DNA of 63,973 bases, the filler included, from Octopus bimaculoides (Eukaryota): the NCBI RefSeq assembly GCF_001194135.2. It is 4 parts of 4 records of this genome, joined end to end, with 100 filler letters (N's around TTAATTAATTAA, not from the genome) between each part and the next. Parts side by side here need not be neighbours in the genome. Positions count along the whole stretch, not along the records: positions 58,827 to 63,973 come from NC_068991.1; 3 more parts are not named here. One strand, written 5' to 3'. The translations under genes and the position numbers were made by a program. Within the stretch, counting starts at the first letter, position 1, and each line of letters starts with the position of its first letter. Positions 63,920 through 63,973 of this stretch are shown here, in pieces. The notes beneath the pieces were generated by a model, which saw only the letters and a program-made list of their open reading frames with translations, searched no databases and was not told where the DNA came from.

Positions 63920-63973
<54 letters not shown>

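Overview
Eukaryotic, AT-rich and very repeat-dense genomic DNA with many N-gaps. The tRNA-derived SINE families, microsatellite load and TE mix suggest an octopus or other coleoid cephalopod; this is inferred, not database-confirmed. Most long entries in the ORF track are microsatellite or N-gap artefacts, and there is no CRISPR array, rRNA or intact tRNA. Host coding signal is sparse. The best case is a plus-strand immunoglobulin-superfamily locus: a TATA-linked 5'UTR exon (~49630-49831), a signal-peptide exon (51759-51807) and a phase 1-1 V-like Ig exon with extra cysteines (54454-54777). An upstream phase 1-1 C2/I-like Ig exon (45934-46239) carries an in-frame TAA 4 nt before its donor. The rest is TE debris: mariner and DD37D/maT transposons with TIRs, several MITEs, two Helitron remnants, CR1, RTE, R4/Dong-like and Penelope-like retroelements, and at least four SINE families. 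Notable structures are a near-canonical hammerhead ribozyme behind a Penelope GIY-YIG ORF, a fold-back MITE with a perfect head-to-head telomeric-repeat palindrome at its centre, and a self-inverted SINE hairpin. Boundaries of degenerate repeats are approximate (tens of bp).
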